64,000 bases of DNA. It comes from Candidatus Omnitrophota bacterium. GTDB taxonomy: Bacteria; Omnitrophota; Gorgyraeia; Zapsychrales; Zapsychraceae. The stretch is from assembly GCA_020632515.1 (NCBI GenBank), contig JACKFK010000007.1, forward strand, positions 99,607 to 163,606. The letters are read 5' to 3'. Under the pieces are notes generated by a model. The model saw nothing but the letters and a program-made list of their open reading frames with translations, was not told the DNA's origin and ran no database searches. A program made the translations under genes and the position numbers. Every line of letters begins with the position of its first letter. Within the stretch, counting starts at the first letter, position 1. This document shows, in pieces, positions 59,391-64,000 of this stretch.

Positions 59391-60104
59391 TTATTTGATT
59401 TTTAAAGATTTAACTCGTCTTATTTCTTCTAGGCTCAGCTCCCGCCAACTTCCTTGTTTTAAATTCCCTAATAGAAAAGGTCCTTGGGTGAGACGTTTTA
59501 AATATATCACTTTAAAATGAAATTTAGCAAACATCATTCGAATTTGTCGTTTTCGGCCTTCGTGAATAATAATTTCTAAATCTGTCTGCTTTTTTCCTGT
59601 TCGTATTACTTTAATCGTTGCCGGATAAGTCTTTATCCCTTCCAAGATAATACCCGTTTCTATTTTCCTTTGAGTTTCTTTATCTAATTCCCCATCAATG
59701 CAAGCAAAATATCTTTTTTCAACATTAAATTTCGGATGGGTTAAATAATAAATAAAATCTCCGTCATTGGATAAAATTAATAACCCTTCGGTATCTTTAT
59801 CCAGCCGGCCAGCCGGCGCCAACTTCCTGCATTCATCAGGCAATAAATCATAAACCGTCTTTAACGCGTATCGATCTTGTTTAGTTGTCGTATATCCTGC
59901 CGGCTTGTTTAAAAGAATATATTGGTAAGCGCTCATCTCCACAGGTTGATTATCATAACTTACTTTATCCTTTTTTGGATCCACAGGAAAAGAAGGTTCA
60001 ATAATCACCTGCTGATTAACCCTCACCAATCCCTTTTGAATAACCTCCATAGATTTCCGACGAGAAAGCGAGGTGTAATGAGAAAGAAATACCTGAAGAC
60101 GCAT
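59391..60104 (-). CDS. Pseudouridine synthase of the RsuA/RluB family with an S4 domain.
   Basis: N-terminal S4 RNA-binding domain and the catalytic motif GRLDKDTEGLLILSNDG. 237 aa. Confidence 0.8.
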   Translation of the reverse strand: MRLQVFLSHYTSLSRRKSMEVIQKGLVRVNQQVIIEPSFPVDPKKDKVSYDNQPVEMSAYQYILLNKPAGYTTTKQDRYALKTVYDLLPDECRKLAPAGRLDKDTEGLLILSNDGDFIYYLTHPKFNVEKRYFACIDGELDKETQRKIETGIILEGIKTYPATIKVIRTGKKQTDLEIIIHEGRKRQIRMMFAKFHFKVIYLKRLTQGPFLLGNLKQGSWRELSLEEIRRVKSLKIK

Positions 60105-60105
60105 T

Positions 60106-60915
60106 TTAATTTTCTCTCTGCCTTAAGGTTTCATAAAGTAAAAGGCCTGTTGACACTGAAACATTCAGAGAATCCGCCTGTCCTTTCATTGGAATTCGAA
60201 CATGCTCGCTGGCTATTTTCATCCATTGCTCACTCAACCCTTTATCTTCACGACCGACAACCACTGCAACAGGGTCTTTCAAATTTACTTTTGTGTAAAT
60301 ACATTCTGCTTCTGGTGTAGCGGCAACAACTCGGATCTGACGATCCTGAAGGAAATCCTGCGCCTCTGTATTCGTACAGGCAATCACCTGATTGGTAAAA
60401 ACTGTTCCTAAACTTGCTCGAATAACATTCGGGTTATAAATATCTGTTCTATTTTGACAAATGAAGACCGCATCTATTCCGGCACCATCGCATGTACGCA
60501 GAATCGCCCCCAAGTTCCCCGGCTTCTCTACATCTTCCACAACTAGAATACATGGATTCTTAGATAGCTCCACTTGCGCAAGATCCTTTTTCTTAATCTC
60601 CCCGACGGCCAGCACGCCTTCCTTACGCTCACCAAATCCAATTTTGTTAAAAATCGATTCGGTTACTTCATAAACCACAGCTTTATCTTTCAATTGTTTC
60701 TCAATAAGCGCGGCTGTTTCTGGCTCCTGGTAATCCTGAACCAACTCTGGACACACAAATAATTCTTTAATGACCACCTGCGCGTCTAAGGCTCGCTGTA
60801 ATTCCCGTATACCATCAATAAGAATAAGCTGTAACGCATCACGTTGTGAACGCTTCCGTAAACGAACAAGCTGTTTAATTCGCGGATTAGATACACTTGT
60901 AATCTTAGCTCGCAT
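60106..60915 (-). CDS. SpoU/TrmH-family RNA 2'-O-methyltransferase (RlmB-like).
   Basis: N-terminal L7Ae-like substrate-binding domain plus a SPOUT knot domain (LVVEDVEKPGNLGAILRT...). 269 aa. Confidence 0.8.
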   Translation of the reverse strand: MRAKITSVSNPRIKQLVRLRKRSQRDALQLILIDGIRELQRALDAQVVIKELFVCPELVQDYQEPETAALIEKQLKDKAVVYEVTESIFNKIGFGERKEGVLAVGEIKKKDLAQVELSKNPCILVVEDVEKPGNLGAILRTCDGAGIDAVFICQNRTDIYNPNVIRASLGTVFTNQVIACTNTEAQDFLQDRQIRVVAATPEAECIYTKVNLKDPVAVVVGREDKGLSEQWMKIASEHVRIPMKGQADSLNVSVSTGLLLYETLRQREN

Positions 60916-60984
60916 AAAATTTAAATCCTTTAAAGAATATCTATCTAATAAATATTCTTCCTTGTTCCATCAATTTACAAAATT

Positions 60985-61788
60985 TCAAATCAATTTAACT
61001 TTTTGAAGAAAATTATGAATACCTCTTAGAAAATTAATCTCATCATCCGTATGTCCATTAATGTGACTTCCGCTCGTCATTAAAAACTCTTTTGGTTCTT
61101 TAGCAGCCCTATACAATTTTTCTCCTAACGCAAATGGAACAGTCTCATCGTGCGCACTGTGAATAATTAACTTTGGAACGGATATATCCTTAATCTTCCG
61201 CTCAGAATCCATTTTAATCGAAACCAAAAATGACGGAATAAAAGGATAATAAAACTTAGCCATATCTTTGGCCGAACTAAAGGAAGAATCTATAATTAAC
61301 GCTGCCAACGGCCGCTGCAATGCTAAATCTACAGCCACGACACCACCTAACGAGGCTCCATAAACAAAAATCTTTTTTGGATCTACATCCTTTCTATTCT
61401 TTAAATAGTCATACGCGACGATAGCATCTTGATAAATCCCTTTCTCTGTCGGTTTGCCCTCGCTCTTTCCAAATCCCCGATAATCAATTATAAAAACATT
61501 GACCCCCATATCATAAAAATGAAGAATCTTCCCCAGACGGCCACCGATATTTCCCGCGTTACCATGAAAGAACAATAAAGTTGGGACATTATCATCTTTT
61601 TTGATATACCAGCCATGAATTTTTATATCATCTTGTGTTGTCAAAAAAACGTCTTCAAAAGGAAGACCAAAATCCGCCGGCATAGAATCAATATCGCGAA
61701 CCGGATGAAATAACGAAACACTTTCGATATAACGTACATAAACAATTAAAACAATAATAGCCAGTAAAAGATAAAATAACATTTTCAT
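60985..61788 (-). CDS. Alpha/beta-hydrolase with an N-terminal membrane anchor.
   Basis: TM helix at the N-terminus. HG oxyanion motif (FFHGNAGN) and GASLGG nucleophile elbow. 267 aa. Confidence 0.7.
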   Translation of the reverse strand: MKMLFYLLLAIIVLIVYVRYIESVSLFHPVRDIDSMPADFGLPFEDVFLTTQDDIKIHGWYIKKDDNVPTLLFFHGNAGNIGGRLGKILHFYDMGVNVFIIDYRGFGKSEGKPTEKGIYQDAIVAYDYLKNRKDVDPKKIFVYGASLGGVVAVDLALQRPLAALIIDSSFSSAKDMAKFYYPFIPSFLVSIKMDSERKIKDISVPKLIIHSAHDETVPFALGEKLYRAAKEPKEFLMTSGSHINGHTDDEINFLRGIHNFLQKVKLI

Positions 61789-61820
61789 GAAGGCTTTATG
61801 CGTTTATTCTTAAACTCTTG

Positions 61821-62216
61821 TTAGATCGTTTTACGCTGAGACTTTAAATTAAGCATTAATTTTATGGCTTTGAGAATATCTGAAACCTGGCAGGGCTTAG
61901 TGATGTAGTGGTCCGCCTCCAAAGAATATCCTTTTTTTAAATCATCTAATTCTCGACGGGCTGATATGATAATGACAGGCTGCCATTTAGTGGAGGGGGG
62001 ATTTTCTCTTAACTTCTTTAAAACCTGAAATCCATCTAATTCGGGCATATTGATATCCAATAAGACAACATCTGGATCTTCCGCTTCAATCTTTTCCCAA
62101 GCCTCTCGCCCATCTTTAGCCGTTACTACCTCATACCCTTCAGCGGCAATCTTTTTAGCCATAATCCCTAAAATATCTTCTTCATCATCAGCCATTAAAA
62201 TTTTAATATTTGTCAT
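61821..62216 (-). CDS. Stand-alone response-regulator receiver domain (CheY-like).
   Basis: 131 aa. The acidic pocket (DDEED), the phospho-acceptor Asp (VVLLDINMP) and the conserved K (YITKP) are present. No output domain. Confidence 0.75.
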   Translation of the reverse strand: MTNIKILMADDEEDILGIMAKKIAAEGYEVVTAKDGREAWEKIEAEDPDVVLLDINMPELDGFQVLKKLRENPPSTKWQPVIIISARRELDDLKKGYSLEADHYITKPCQVSDILKAIKLMLNLKSQRKTI

Positions 62217-62227
62217 AAATATTTTCT

Positions 62228-62701
62228 CTATCGCGCGGAAGAATATCCTTTCAAATCATATTGAATAGTTTGAGAAGGCTTCTTAATTTTATCAATCGTG
62301 ACATTCCCTTTAGTAAAAAAATCGACAGCTAATGTATCGTGAAAATCCGAAAATATAACCACGCGTGTGATACCCGCGGTAATCAAAGCCTTCGCACAGG
62401 TGGTACACGGCATATTAGTGACATAAGCGGTGGCCCCTTCAACGGAATGTCCACGCCTTGCGGCTTGAATAAGCGCGTTCATCTCCGCGTGAACCGTACG
62501 CACACAATGATTATCCACAATCAAACAGCCAATATCTTCACAATGCTCATCCCCAGGGATAGAACCGTTATATCCTGTCGCAATCACATTTTTATTTTTG
62601 ACTAAAACACAGCCGCAATGCATCCGCGGACAGGTGGCTCGCTCAGAAGCCAACATGGCTAATTTCAAAAAATATTGATCCCATTTCGGTCTAACACCCA
62701 T
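62228..62701 (-). CDS. dCMP deaminase (ComEB-type cytidine/deoxycytidylate deaminase).
   Basis: HAEMNAL and PCTTCAKAL zinc-binding motifs. 157 aa. Confidence 0.8.
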   Translation of the reverse strand: MGVRPKWDQYFLKLAMLASERATCPRMHCGCVLVKNKNVIATGYNGSIPGDEHCEDIGCLIVDNHCVRTVHAEMNALIQAARRGHSVEGATAYVTNMPCTTCAKALITAGITRVVIFSDFHDTLAVDFFTKGNVTIDKIKKPSQTIQYDLKGYSSAR

Positions 62702-62776
62702 AAATCTCTCCTGAACTACACATAAAAGCTCTACATATTTTTCTTATATTACCAAAAGAAGCTTTGAATGCAAGGT

Positions 62777-63970
62777 TTATGATACCTCTTGCTCAACTCG
62801 ACTTAAAATTCGCATAACACCTTCCTGAAAAACTTTAGAATCTGTCAAAAGACTCAAAATGAAGTGCACCCCTTCATCAAAATCAAAAAAATATCCTGGA
62901 TGAACAAAAACATGATAATGCGTTAACAATTTTATGACCCATTCATCTTCACTTCGAATAGCAGGTATTCTCAAAATCGCGTACCATCCACCTTCTGCCT
63001 TTAATAATTGCGTCGCTTTTACAGAATGAATTTGTTTCTGTAAAAAATCATAATTCTGTTGGATGCGCTCTTTAATATCCTTCTGTAACATTTCTTTTTC
63101 TTTCAGCCAATAAGCCAACGCATTTTGGACTGGTGTATTGACTGACAAATAGGTATCACTAATTACCTCTAACCTTTTCATGGCTTCCTTTACCAACAGG
63201 TCAGGCCCGTTAACAACAATCCATGATAGCTTCATTTGTGGCAAACCAAGAATTTTAGAAATTCCACTAAGTACAAATGTTAAAACTTCACTGTTATTAA
63301 CCAAACTAACCCTATCAGGTTCAATACCTAAATCAAAATCATAAAAAACTTCATCACAAATTACTGCCATATTGTGTTGATGACAGATTTGATTGATAAT
63401 ATCCAATTCATGCGTCTTAATATAAGACCCCGTTGGGTTATTAGGATTAACTAATACAATAGCTTTCGCCGCGGAGAAATTGCTTTCCGATAAGGCTTCT
63501 AAATCCAATGCCCAGCCATTATTATATTGCAAAGTATACGGATAAAATCGCGCGTCATTCAAATCCACAATATATTGAAATAAAGGATAACTAGGCTGTG
63601 GCAGCAACACTTCTTCTTTTAAATTTAATAAAAGACGGAATAAATGTGAATACGCTTCGGAAGTGCCTGCCGTAAGGAAAATATTTTCCGGATTTACTTT
63701 CAAACCTTGTTCACGATAATATTCGCAAATAGCGTTTCTCGCCTTTTCCAGGCCTTTAGGTGATGGGGAATACAAAAGATTATCTGGATTATTAAATGTG
63801 TCAATAATCTTTTCCTTCTGGAGAAAAAATCCGGCTTGGGTAGGGTTTGAAAGAGTTAAATCTAAAACAGAAACTTTTTCTTTCTTAAGCTGATCAAACG
63901 TCCTGCTTAAATTATTAACTGAAAGATCCCAGTTTGTTCTATGAGCAAAATGAAAGAACTCTCCATTCAT
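62777..63970 (-). CDS. Class I/II PLP-dependent aminotransferase (AlaA/AspC-like).
   Basis: 397 aa. PLP-lysine region SGISKILGLPQMKLSW and the NPNNPTG motif. Confidence 0.75.
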   Translation of the reverse strand: MNGEFFHFAHRTNWDLSVNNLSRTFDQLKKEKVSVLDLTLSNPTQAGFFLQKEKIIDTFNNPDNLLYSPSPKGLEKARNAICEYYREQGLKVNPENIFLTAGTSEAYSHLFRLLLNLKEEVLLPQPSYPLFQYIVDLNDARFYPYTLQYNNGWALDLEALSESNFSAAKAIVLVNPNNPTGSYIKTHELDIINQICHQHNMAVICDEVFYDFDLGIEPDRVSLVNNSEVLTFVLSGISKILGLPQMKLSWIVVNGPDLLVKEAMKRLEVISDTYLSVNTPVQNALAYWLKEKEMLQKDIKERIQQNYDFLQKQIHSVKATQLLKAEGGWYAILRIPAIRSEDEWVIKLLTHYHVFVHPGYFFDFDEGVHFILSLLTDSKVFQEGVMRILSRVEQEVS

Positions 63971-64000
63971 ATCCTTATTTCATTTCTCTGGTAATTCTTT

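Noticed and set aside
1-64000. CRISPR arrays, cas genes, transposases, integrases, phage genes.
   Set aside because: No regularly spaced direct repeats and no ORFs with transposase, integrase or phage signatures were found. The window is core genome.

Overview
The window looks like a core-genome region of an AT-rich (roughly 35-40% GC by eye) diderm bacterium, with an almost continuous co-directional minus-strand gene array from about 2.6 kb to 47.6 kb and again from 49.4 kb to 64 kb. Part of the content is outer-membrane and lipid-asymmetry machinery: lptF/lptG, the lpxI-lpxA-lpxC::fabZ-lpxD-skp-bamA cluster, mlaFED and lolCD. The rest shows Firmicutes-like core synteny: yaaT/ricT-holB-tmk, yacL-radA, ispD-ispF, ctsR-less mcsA-mcsB-clpC, ispE-spoVG-tRNA-glmU-prs-ctc-pth-rpsF-ssb-rpsR-rplI-dnaB, plus tsaB/tsaE, thiL, metG, cysS, cysE, lysS and an orphan hisG. 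I found no transposase, integrase or CRISPR array. The more unusual items are: (i) an unannotated 33-aa lysine/arginine-rich ORF that strongly resembles ribosomal protein bS22; (ii) a three-gene module of a DUF785 retropepsin-like protein, a RimK ATP-grasp ligase with a C-terminal TrkA_C extension, and an AstE/AspA-family deacylase, in a genome whose S6 lacks the acidic tail that RimK normally glutamylates; (iii) a SpoVG homolog carrying an inserted CxxC...CxxC zinc ribbon; (iv) a HEPN(Rx4H)/MNT toxin-antitoxin pair wedged between mtnA and metG; (v) an uncharacterised secreted beta-rich protein translationally coupled between clpC and mlaE; (vi) an Smr-domain protein immediately downstream of an ABC-F ATPase; and (vii) an apparently frameshifted comFC at the window start. 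One tRNA-Gln(UUG) lies between spoVG and glmU. Nothing here is a compact novel system comparable to a defence island; the RimK module and the bS22-like ORF are the best candidates for follow-up.
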